Translations under genes and position numbers: made by a program
In this document: piece after piece, positions 54,888 to 64,000 of the stretch
Numbering within the stretch: the stretch's first letter is position 1
Layout of the letters: the number at the start of each line of letters is the position of its first letter
The notes under the pieces: model-generated
The model's input: the letters and a program-made list of their open reading frames with translations, nothing else
The model's database searches: none
What the model was told of the DNA's origin: nothing
NCBI GenBank assembly: GCA_040954595.2
Contig: CM082581.2
Span: 2,782,699 to 2,846,698 of the forward strand
Reading direction: 5' to 3'
Length of the DNA: 64,000 bases
Source of the DNA: Balanoglossus misakiensis
Taxonomy: Eukaryota > Animalia > Hemichordata

Positions 54888-55530
54888 TATGCACTCATTT
54901 CTCAGACCTGAGCCAGTGTAAGGATTAACACCTCTCCTCAACCCATTGTCTATGGGGCCCCCCCGAGGCTCAGCGCCTATACATAAACTTTGCTTGTGTG
55001 GACACAAGGAAACTGTAAGGATTTATGTTCTCTGTTTACCATAGGCAAATTTTACCCTGTGTTCACAAATAGTGTCTCAAATTTTACCATGTGTGAGGTT
55101 ACACCTTTTGATCATCTGGTGTATACTTACCTATTTCTGCGTAATCCTCAAATGGGACCACAGTGTCCTTGACACCATTTTTTTATTAATGTGCACGGCC
55201 TATCTCTCTCACTGCCCTGTTTGCATTATGTTTGATACAAGACACTGTTTATGTTAATATACATGTGTATATGTAGTGAATGACTGTTCAACCACACACA
55301 CCTTCCATTCTGCTTGTATGATATGAGAGTAAAAACTCGCTCAAAATGAAAAAAATGGTTGAGAACAATTATTCATTTGGCGAGTTTTTTTCACTCTCGT
55401 GTCTACAAGTGAGATGGAAGGTGTGTGTGGTTGAACGTTGATTATATATCCACATTTACTACATTAACATAAACAGTGTCTTGTATTAAACATAATGGGA
55501 ATAGGGCAGCGAGAGAGAGACTTTGTCCCT
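54398..55530. mobile_element. Two copies of the TTAA MITE family (left half 54398-54612; near-complete copy 55200-55530) bracketing the last HECT exon
   Basis: TTAA|agggacaa at 54398 and tttgtccct|TTAA at 55530. Both share tatgtttgatacaaga...gtatgatatgagagtaaaaa with the 21626-26263 copy. Confidence 0.75.
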
Positions 55531-55863
55531 TTAAACCGTTTACGCATAATTTACGCCAGTATTTGATCTGAGATGTTTCTGAAACGTCTTAATGGTGTAT
55601 GTGTGACCCCATATGAAACGTTTCACATTTTTACCAGTGTGACCATGGTATGTATCATGTTATTTCATTTTAATCTATTAAACATACATCTTACCGGTAA
55701 TACTGATTTGGCTGACAGATGAAAATCAATATCAGTCTAAAGTAGAAAGAATATAATACAATATAGTAGAATCTGTAGAGCTTCTAGAAGTAGCTGTTAG
55801 CTGTTGGTAAATGTTTACTGTCTGAGATGTTCAGTTTCTTTTTTCGGTCATGATTTAATGGTC

Positions 55864-55916
55864 AATAAAGTTGTCATTGTTCTCTATTAAAAATGTGTAC
55901 TTAAAGCTGTTTTATT
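55864..55916. terminator. Facing candidate polyadenylation signals of the two convergent element genes
   Basis: AATAAA on the plus strand at 55864-55869 and on the minus strand at 55916-55911. Usage is inferred. Confidence 0.35.
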
Positions 55917-56323
55917 CCCAAATGTGAAGAAATGATAGCATATTCATTAGAGACTGTAATAAGATAAAACAATAGTATCGGAAAGAGTGAAATGAGTGAA
56001 ACAAAAGTATTTGGGACAGTTTCGCCTGTGAAGGTATATTATTTAAAACTTTTACTGCTCTGTGTACAAATGCTCTTAATGATGTATGCACAACAAACTG
56101 AAAAACTGCATGTATTCATCTTTTTCCGTAGCATTAGGGACTAAATTCGCGGCCTTGTATTTCGATAACAAGCGTGGTGACCCCTATATTTTTTACAGAT
56201 TGTCATTATACATGTACATACAAATGAGAAACCAAAAATCCACATGATCAGTAAAATTGAAAGTATTGTCATTTCTTTTAATCCGTCAAATATGTGCGAC
56301 TTAAGCACTTTGAAAATTATTGA

Positions 56324-57682
56324 CTAATTTTGATCAGCATTGTCCTGTATGATTTGAACTGCTATATTATAAATGTCAATGCCATAGTTGTCTGATGTCC
56401 AGTTTGGTAATATGTGCTGAGATAGTGCATCCATACACTGTTGACCCATTTGAAATGATGGTGGCTCGATGATTGGTCGCGAGTCTGTCTCCTCTGAATC
56501 ATCATTGATGACACCCTCTACTCCATACAAACCAATGTCAGAGTCATCAATACCAACTGGATCATTCATCTGTCCAGATATCCACAAACGCAGAGGTGAT
56601 GTCTTTGTTGTACGCATACGATGTCGAGCCCAAGCTTTCCTCCAGATTTCTAACTTTTCATTTATTTTAGGCATGAACACATAGTGAAGAGCTGCAATGT
56701 GCAGTACATTCAGTGGGTCAAGTACGCCTCTTTCTTCCATGAAGTAAAATAGTTGGTAGTAAAGGCTCAGAACACCTTCATACACATCTTTCCATAATCG
56801 CTCAATCCTCTGATTATGCACACTTTTGCCTGTAATCATGCTTCCCCTGTTGGGTCCCCGTCTCTCAATCATATACTCAGCTATCAGTATATTTTCACGA
56901 CCCATGTCAGACCTTACACGACTGGGAAGACCAAAATTCTCAACACTGGACTTGAAGTATTCCAGCAATGTGGGTGCCTTATTGTTGTTGCTGCAGGATA
57001 GGATGACAGGTAGTCTACTGAAGCCATCAATGCCCCCAAATATCACAAAATGCCATCTAATTAACTTATGGTTGGTATCAATATGCCATAAGTGATTTGG
57101 TCCCTTCACATTGTAGACACGTCTTTGTAAACGACCTTTTCTTCTGGAATTAACACCCTCAGCATCTACCCTGTGGATACTATCACGGAGCCTCATCCGT
57201 TGGACTTTAATTCCCTTTTCTTGCAACATATACTTGATCATATTTTCACCACAATAAGGGAATTCCAATGTCAGTTGCTGTACATTATCATCCAGGTCAC
57301 CATCAGAGATATCAGAGAAATTCATCTTACTCAGCCCATAATGCATCATTCTGCGGTAAATAGTACGCTCCGAAACAGATAACATAGATGCCACTTCAGT
57401 AACTGTGAATCCTTCATCAAAAAAATGTTCTAAGATGCATTTGGGAATGACAAATTCTGGAGCACCACCATATAATCCATGGGCTTTTGTTGGAGTTTCC
57501 CCTCCACTTGTGGTGCACGCAATACGTAATGCCATCATGTCTGCCCTGTTTTGAAGACCAAGCTCCTCCAGTTCTGGCACAGAAAGTTTACACACTAATT
57601 CTGGTGTTGCCTTTTCACTCTCAAAGTTGTCACTGAGATTCCCCATTTGTAGACTTTCTAGAATGTCTCTCATAGATGCCAT
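56324..57682 (-). CDS. IS3-like DDE transposase/integrase (SAM-like N-terminus, two HTH regions, integrase core), intact, 452 aa
   Basis: [25 protein letters not shown]; IS3-type helical region [20 protein letters not shown]; core GPNHLWHID...IDGFSR...[12 protein letters not shown]...NQRIERLW (D-D-E). Single uninterrupted ORF. Confidence 0.93.
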   Translation of the reverse strand: MASMRDILESLQMGNLSDNFESEKATPELVCKLSVPELEELGLQNRADMMALRIACTTSGGETPTKAHGLYGGAPEFVIPKCILEHFFDEGFTVTEVASMLSVSERTIYRRMMHYGLSKMNFSDISDGDLDDNVQQLTLEFPYCGENMIKYMLQEKGIKVQRMRLRDSIHRVDAEGVNSRRKGRLQRRVYNVKGPNHLWHIDTNHKLIRWHFVIFGGIDGFSRLPVILSCSNNNKAPTLLEYFKSSVENFGLPSRVRSDMGRENILIAEYMIERRGPNRGSMITGKSVHNQRIERLWKDVYEGVLSLYYQLFYFMEERGVLDPLNVLHIAALHYVFMPKINEKLEIWRKAWARHRMRTTKTSPLRLWISGQMNDPVGIDDSDIGLYGVEGVINDDSEETDSRPIIEPPSFQMGQQCMDALSQHILPNWTSDNYGIDIYNIAVQIIQDNADQN

Positions 57683-57789
57683 GATACCTCTTCAACGCTA
57701 TCTTTCTTGCGTGTTATTATGTAAAAAATCTACTGAGCATGCTCATACTGTTGCATTATGGTATATACTTTGATAATCATTATAAAACA

Positions 57790-58840
57790 CCACAAGCACA
57801 AGACAACGTATATGAATGGACAAGACAACCAATATGAATGGACAAGACAACGTATATAAATGGACAAGACAACATATAGAAATGCACAAGACAACGTATA
57901 TAAATGGACAAGACAACATATAGAAATGCACAGGAAAACATGTTAAAGGCACACAAAAACATATAGAAATGTACAAGACAATGTATATGAATGGACAAGA
58001 CAACGTATATGAATGGACAAGACAACATATAGAAATGAACAGGACAACATGTTAAAGGCACACCACAACATATATGAATGGACAAGACAACATATAGAAA
58101 TGAACAAGACAACATGTTAAAGGCACACCACAACATATAAAAATGTACAGGACAATGTATATGAATGGACAAGACAACGTATATGAATGGACAAGACAAC
58201 ATATAGAAATGAACAGGACAACATGTTAAAGGCACACCACAACATATATGAATGGACAAGACAACATATAGAAATGCACAAGACAACGTATATAAATAAA
58301 CAAGACAACATATAGAAATGAACAGGACAACATATTAAAGTCACACGACAACATATAGAAATGCACAAGACAACATATAGAAATGGACAAGACAACATAT
58401 AGAAATGCACAAGACAACGTATATAAATGGACAAGACAACATATAGAAATGAACAGGACAACATATTAAAGTCACACGAAAACATATAGAAATGCACAAG
58501 ACAACATATAGAAATGCACAAGACAACGTATATGAATGGACAAGACAACATATAGAAATGCACAGGACAACATGTTAAATGTACAAGACAGCGTATATGA
58601 ATGCACAAGACAACATGTTAAATGGACAAGACAATATAAAATGCACAAGACAACATGTTAAATGCGCAGGACCATATATGAAATGCACAAGACAACATGT
58701 TAAATGCACAGGACCATATATGAAATGCACAAGAAAACATGTTAAATGCACAAGAAAACATGTTAAATGCACAAGAAAACATGTTAAATACACAAGACAA
58801 CATATTAAATGTACAAGACAACATGTTAAATACACAAGAG
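57790..58840 (-). repeat. Right subterminal array, inverted relative to the left array
   Basis: Units gacaacatatagaaatgcacaa (22 bp) grading into 21-bp aaacatgttaaatgcacaaga next to the TIR. Confidence 0.95.
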
Positions 58841-61319
58841 AACATGAGTTCAGTTCACTTAAGGCAGTTATGGCTTTCCATACACAGACGTGTACATGGC
58901 GTCATAGCTTAACTATAGAAAGTATAGGCCCATGGCTGGGTCCAAAAATATGAAAAACTACTAATATTTACAAGTCTTCTTCTCAAAATAGACTTGGCCC
59001 ACGGCCTTGATATTTGGCATGTAGGACACTGATCACATGGTCCACAAAAGTTGCTAAAAGAATTTCGATATCTCCATTCATATGCAAATTAGGCCCATTT
59101 GAAAACTTTGCCCATATATGGTCATCAGGTCACATGACTTATTAAACATTCACGAGGGTACTGCACCAGCTCTCATAGGCCTGCATCACTGTGCCAAGTT
59201 TGAGATTTGTAGGTTCAGCCGTTTTCAAGATCCTATTGGGCAAAAAAACTACACAAGAAAAAGAAGAGGATGAAAAACCCCAGTAATACCAATAGGGCAC
59301 AAGCCTGCTTGGCTTGTGCCCTAATGAAAATGTGAGTGTCCAACACTGCTACAAACCACGCTTCCACAGTTGCTTAAAGGAAGCAAGCAGAAATTCAATT
59401 GGCGGTCAACGCCCTATAGACTGGGAGATAATTCTTATCTGCTAGTGGGTCTGGTCATAGAGAATCAAAGAAACACCCCATTTTGGAAAATAACTCCCAG
59501 CGTTGAGTCCGATTGACGCCATAAAAATTATGCGTGAAGCTACAACTTATTGGCATTCGATGTCATCCTGACCGAGTTGACACATACTTTGGGCGACCGC
59601 ATTTTCTGCATGTTAGGAACTAATAATACCTTTGTAATAAAGACGCAAGATTTGCCTCTAGTTTGGTACAATGCCCAGACTAGACGCGCACCACGCGGAA
59701 ACTCAAGGCACACCTACCTTAACGCAAGATTCACTCAGCATTTCCCATGATTCAGGCGTAGTACTTTTGATGCTCACTTCCAAGTGTTTGTCTTTCAAAG
59801 TTTTACTTAATGGTTTTCTAATATTCCATTCGGCGTCAGGAGCTGCCGACAGTGCCCCAGCGAAAGCAGGTCCTATTGGACAGGACAATAGCAAGTGAAC
59901 ACGAGCAGTGATGTACTGTAGTACAGTATAGAAAAAATGTCAATCTTTCAAACATGCAAACATTTCCATATCGTGACTCACACGTATTGCTCATACTCAT
60001 TAAAACGATTACACCCGCTTTTAATAACTGCATTATCCAACGTGTAACACGAACAGTTATAATAAATGCATCTACCTGACCGTCATCGCCGCTTCTAGTT
60101 CTGCTCAACCAGCTGCCAAATTTCACCTGGAACAGACCATCTCCTTCAAACCTGCCGCCAACGGCAACCATGACCTGACGTTCAGCTACCTTGCCATATT
60201 TTTCTTCGGAGTGTCTATTTGCCCTCTCCAGCACGGCCCGAGAAGTGTGTGGCGAACACGTACATGTGCCTTGCTCGGACGATCAGAGGTTCCTGTGATG
60301 TACCGACCAAGGCTTACCGGCTTCTTTTCTGGCTATGGATATATCCCAATTTCCAACGCCGACGGCATTATGTGGCAATGCGAGCACAGCAGGCTGTTGA
60401 AAAGCGACGCCTTCAGGCCCACAGTGCACGATGGGAGTCAGCACCACCTTACCGGGCGTGATTTCGCTTTGCATGAACGGGGATGTGTGCATGTAAACTT
60501 TCTGTCTCACACCAACTTTGACCGCTCCAGGTGGGATGACCAATAGGACGTCTTCTCTCGGCAGATGTAAAATGCCACCTTTGTCGTCGATTACACCCCC
60601 AACGAAACCATTCTCTCTTATCATTTCACATGTACCCAAGGTCATGGTTTCAAATTTTGCGATGAGCGTCTTATGATCATCATTATGCTTCTAGTAAGGA
60701 CAAAATATGGAAATATATAATTCAACAATGAACAGTTAAATAAATTTAAGAATCACGAAATGATAGTCCTACGCCAATCAAAAGAAAAGCGACCGCCATG
60801 ATTGCTACAACGTTGATGAGTTAAATGTTGCCTCTCAAGAGGGCGCCGTCAATGACCTTTGGCTTTTCAGAGACGCAATTAATCAAGACGTCACATTAGC
60901 CAATCACATGAAGCAGCGTCCACATGACAACAGCGAATCAGAGCCCGAGCTCGGGCAGATTTGAGGAGACCAGTGCGTCTTGACCCCGTCTTTGAAAATC
61001 CAAAGGTCATTAACGACGTTGTACATACTTTCTAGTTGAAAAAGGAAAACTACCTCATATCACTTCTATCGCTGCAATGTAATACATACCAGGGACATAT
61101 TAATCCTTGGGAGTTTACTCTGCATGTTTTCAAGTGTCACGTTCAAGTTTGTGTTGATATTCACAGTGTTTTGTTCAAACATTAGTGAGAGGATAGGTAG
61201 TAAAGTAAAGTCAGTCCAACTACAACTATCGAAGTTTTCAGCGGAAGGTGGGAGCACATCGGACGTAGAACAAAGTGTAAAATGTAAAATATGCTCGACC
61301 GCAGTTCCTGTCTTCTGAA

Positions 61320-62965
61320 TGATCTTTATTAAAAACCAACGTTTCGGCAGTACACAGACTGTCTTCTTCAGGGTATACTAATGGAAACAAATAAAACATG
61401 ACAGGAATCGGTTAAAATAAGTATGTGGTAAAAAGCAGTAAATTTCAGAAAATTAACAAAATTGGCATTACAATAAAAGGGCCTCTGTGTGACTTGAAGT
61501 TAAAAAATGAATGGTAATGACAAAAGCTGTACATTTCATGGGAATAAAATCAGTATATATGTGCAGAGTGAAGAGAGAAACCAACCTTGATACGAAGTTG
61601 CAGCGTATCGAGAAGTACAGTGATGGTGTTGGAAACTGACTCCCTAGTATGGGGCAGAAAGATCAAATGTAGACCCCTCAGGTGAGATGAGAATCTCATG
61701 GAGGAAACATGGTACGGAGGCATCATCCCTCCTTACGGTTGATACCATTTGGCGATAGGGTACCAAATTCAGTAATGAAGAAGAGTTCTTTTTGACGTCG
61801 GGTTTGTGTGTTGGGGCTGAATATTTTGCAGAGGCCACTGGCATGAAAGTGACTGAGGTTGTGACCAGGTTGGTTAAAATGTTCTGAGACAGGGGTGGGT
61901 TTGTTATTTTTGATGGTGTAGATGTGTTCATATAGGCGTCGTTTGAATTCTATTTTTGTTTCGCCTATATATTGTTTTAGGCATTTCTGGCAGGTTATGA
62001 TGTAGATAAGGTTGCGGGTAGTGCATTTGATGTTCCCAATGACTTTGTGGGGTTTGCCGGTGTGTGTACTTGTGATGGTGTCTGTTTCTGAAATAAAGGG
62101 ACATTGGTTGCATTTGCCACAACGTTTGGTGTCGCCAGTAGTGCGATCGGTGGGTGTGGTTTTCAGGTTTGCTCTTACAAGGATCTTCCTCATGTTGGGG
62201 GATTGTTTGTACGCTGTTATTGGTAATTCCTTAATAGCCTTGTTTATTTCTGTGTCATTCGAAATTATGCCCCAGTGTTTGGTGAGAATGTCGGAAATTT
62301 TGGGGAGGGCAGGATTGAAGGTGACAACCAAGGGAATTCTTTGGTTGTGTCGTCTGGGGCTCGAGTGGTTGGCGTTTATGACTTGTTTTTTGTCTAGGTT
62401 CTTCGCTTTGTTGATGTCGTGGTCGATCTTATGTGGATTATAGCCCCTTGCCCTGAAATGCTCTCTCAGATCACTAGTGGCTTTGTCATATGACTGGTCG
62501 CTTGAACAAATGCGGCGGTAACGTAGAGTCTGACTCCAAGTGATAGAACCGAAAACGTGTTTTGGGTGGCAGGAGTTGTGCCACAGATAAGTGTGTTGGT
62601 CTGTGGGTTTGCTATATATGGTGGTGTGGATTTTGTTATCTTGTATGCTCATAGTAGTATCTAGAAAAGGTACATTAACAGAGTTAAATTCCATGGTAAA
62701 TTTGATGGTGGGATGAATTTGATTGCAGAATTTGTGGACGGAGTAAAGATTTTCAACACCATGGGTCCATATGAAACGGATGTCATCAATGAAGCGTCGC
62801 CAGTGTATACATGTACATGTAGGTTTGTGTTCAGCATTTTGCAGTATCATGTTTTCAATTTTGCCCATGGCGAGGTTTGCATAAGAGGGGGCTACCTTTG
62901 ACCCCATGGCCGTACCGTGTGTCTGTAAGAAATAACTGTTAAGTTTTAATGTATCCATTGCTTTA
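61320..62965 (-). mobile_element. Penelope-like retroelement, 5'-truncated (probably Neptune clade)
   Basis: RT plus GIY-YIG ORF, followed by a 3' UTR with a hammerhead-type motif and AATAAA. Confidence 0.88.
61333..61372 (-). ncRNA. Minimal hammerhead-ribozyme-like motif of the PLE terminal repeat
   Basis: Minus strand: CUGAAGA-A-GACAGU-CUGUGU-ACUGCC-GAAAC-GUUG-GUU. Both core boxes and stem II are present, with palindromic AACGUU. Stem I is not evident. Confidence 0.6.
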
Positions 62966-62976
62966 GTATCGGGCAA
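61723..62976 (-). CDS. PLE reverse transcriptase (C-terminal part), Cys linker and GIY-YIG endonuclease
   Basis: LQTHGTAMGSKVAPSYANL, RFIDDI, FLDT, YSKPTD, PLVVTFNP, CGKCNQC, NLIYIITCQKCLKQYIGET...RLYEH...GTLSPNGIN. The N-terminal RT motifs are absent. Confidence 0.9.
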   Translation of the reverse strand: MPDTKAMDTLKLNSYFLQTHGTAMGSKVAPSYANLAMGKIENMILQNAEHKPTCTCIHWRRFIDDIRFIWTHGVENLYSVHKFCNQIHPTIKFTMEFNSVNVPFLDTTMSIQDNKIHTTIYSKPTDQHTYLWHNSCHPKHVFGSITWSQTLRYRRICSSDQSYDKATSDLREHFRARGYNPHKIDHDINKAKNLDKKQVINANHSSPRRHNQRIPLVVTFNPALPKISDILTKHWGIISNDTEINKAIKELPITAYKQSPNMRKILVRANLKTTPTDRTTGDTKRCGKCNQCPFISETDTITSTHTGKPHKVIGNIKCTTRNLIYIITCQKCLKQYIGETKIEFKRRLYEHIYTIKNNKPTPVSEHFNQPGHNLSHFHASGLCKIFSPNTQTRRQKELFFITEFGTLSPNGINRKEG

Positions 62977-64000
62977 TTACCAACAAAGTTATCTGTCTGC
63001 AAGTGAATATGAGCCGTGCATTATTTACTGGAGAGGGCACTCTGCGCCCTCTCGCAAGATTCGAGTGGAAAATCTCGTTGCTCTGGTAACCAACATTTCT
63101 GTCTGTTTGGCAGAAAGAAAGAAGAAGGCATAGTGCCCAGAAGAGAGGCCGGGTAACCTTGACTACCAGGAAAGTGGTGTCTTCGTCAATTGAGGGGCGG
63201 ACATTTATGAACATCTTTTTCATTCAGAGAATGATGAACCCGAATTCGTTATGATCACTTTCTTATTTGCTGGTTTATTAACAATACAGAAGAAAATACA
63301 CTAACTTCACTGAGTTTTAAAGGAGATTTTATGTGCATATAATGCTGTTATGAATAAATACTGACAGAAAATACAAAAATAATACTTGGCGTAATATAAT
63401 TAAAAACAACGTTTTTCACAAAAATAAGTCTACAGGTAGTCTTCTGGGGAGATACATGTACGCGTTTATACCATTCACGGCAGATATGGAAACTTGACAG
63501 CTTTTAGTTTACCATGTACGAACAAACAAACAGACAAACGGGACTATTTCACACGAAACGGGCAGCAGCTTTACATTTGCACAGACGATTTCTCCTAAAA
63601 GTGTTGGCGAACAGTCGCAACAAGGGGAGGTAGTTAAAACAAGCGCAGCTGCTGATTTAAATACATCCACAATCGTATACCCATATATGGATAGAAAATA
63701 TATACTAATTATTTATCACTGACAAGGACATCGAGTACACACTGTTGTGTTGGTCTTCCAGTGATGATGAACAATCATTAAAAATACACAAAATACTTTC
63801 ACATAATCTCGGCGACTGGGAATATGCCATCAGCAAAGTGTGTCGGACACAAAAGAACGCACATCTAAAGCAAAGTTGCTGGGTAGAAAATTGACGAAAG
63901 TCTATGCACGCACAAATGAAATGAAATGATATGATGCAGAGCGACCTCTGGAGATTAACCGATGACAGTTTACAGACCAGTCTCTTCTCTCCGTAGAAGA

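Larger units (their letters stand above)
44685..58882. mobile_element. IS3EU-type DNA transposon, 14,198 bp, carrying two convergent genes
   Basis: Perfect 50-bp TIR tatggaaagccataactgccttaagtgaactgaactcatgttctcttgtg. 6-bp TSD CACAGA at 44679-44684 and 58883-58888. TAY...RTA termini, a 6-bp TSD and an IS3-like transposase fit the Repbase IS3EU superfamily. Confidence 0.92.
43740..59322. mobile_element. Hairpin-ended non-autonomous element (Helentron/HINE-like, about 1.4 kb without its insert) hosting the IS3EU-type element
   Basis: Starts atagctgcaagcagcgatgacgggcacaagc. Ends in a 13-bp stem-loop, tagggcacaagcc-tgctt-ggcttgtgcccta (59293-59323). Flanked by direct aatgaaaat (43731-43739, 59323-59331). 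Internal tandem duplication with a 455-bp period (43781/44236). Confidence 0.65.
42152..61190 (-). pseudogene. UNC5CL/PIDD-like ZU5-UPA-death-domain gene with frame lesions
   Basis: Exons: about 61190-61090, 60690-60076 (ZU5: GVIDDKGGILHL..VLLVIPPGAV..VLTPIVHCGPEGVAFQQPAVLALPH), 59915-59718, 43724-43552 and 43120-42152. GT-AG sites are all phase 0 once the 173-nt exon is corrected by 1 nt. The ZU5 exon has an in-frame TGA at 60285-60283, with the HFS motif in another frame. Confidence 0.75.

Noticed and set aside
56324-57682. Bacterial IS3 contamination
   Set aside because: The ORF shares TIRs with a spliceosomal-intron gene, sits within a TSD in a host intron, and has a SAM-like N-terminus.
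44685-58882. Polinton/Maverick (6-bp TSD, integrase, large size)
   Set aside because: There is no protein-primed DNA polymerase, ATPase, protease or capsid, the termini are not AG...CT, and the integrase is IS3-like.
62963-63223. First coding exon of the ZU5 gene with a hydrophobic segment
   Set aside because: A donor-like GTAATT exists at 62980, but no clear downstream acceptor or homology could be established, so it is not listed as a feature.
1-64000. tRNA or rRNA genes
   Set aside because: None recognised by eye. tRNAscan-SE or Infernal would be needed to exclude them.

Overview
This is AT-rich, intron-containing animal DNA, probably from a marine invertebrate (inferred from the repeat families), and it is dominated by nested transposons. 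The main feature is a 14.2-kb DNA transposon at 44685-58882. It has TATGG...CCATA ends, a perfect 6-bp target duplication (CACAGA), 50-bp perfect TIRs and kilobase-long inverted 21/22/109-bp subterminal arrays. It carries two convergent genes: an intact IS3-like DDE transposase (IS3EU-type), and a six-exon gene, which the ORF track shows only as disconnected fragments, encoding SAM-like + ubiquitin-like + UBZ4 zinc finger + HECT E3 ligase domains. Both proteins begin with a similar SAM-like domain, which suggests a transposase/ubiquitin-ligase two-component system (inference). The element sits inside a smaller hairpin-ended element, which sits in an intron of a lesioned ZU5-UPA-death-domain (UNC5CL/PIDD-like) gene. 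The window also holds a Penelope-like element with a hammerhead-type motif, a decayed Tc1, Rex1/Babar-like and RTE LINE fragments, a 3.9-kb foldback nested in a TTAA (Kolobok-type) MITE, an old 4-kb palindrome, and a candidate spliced 129-aa coiled-coil gene. All calls were made by eye and no database searches were run.
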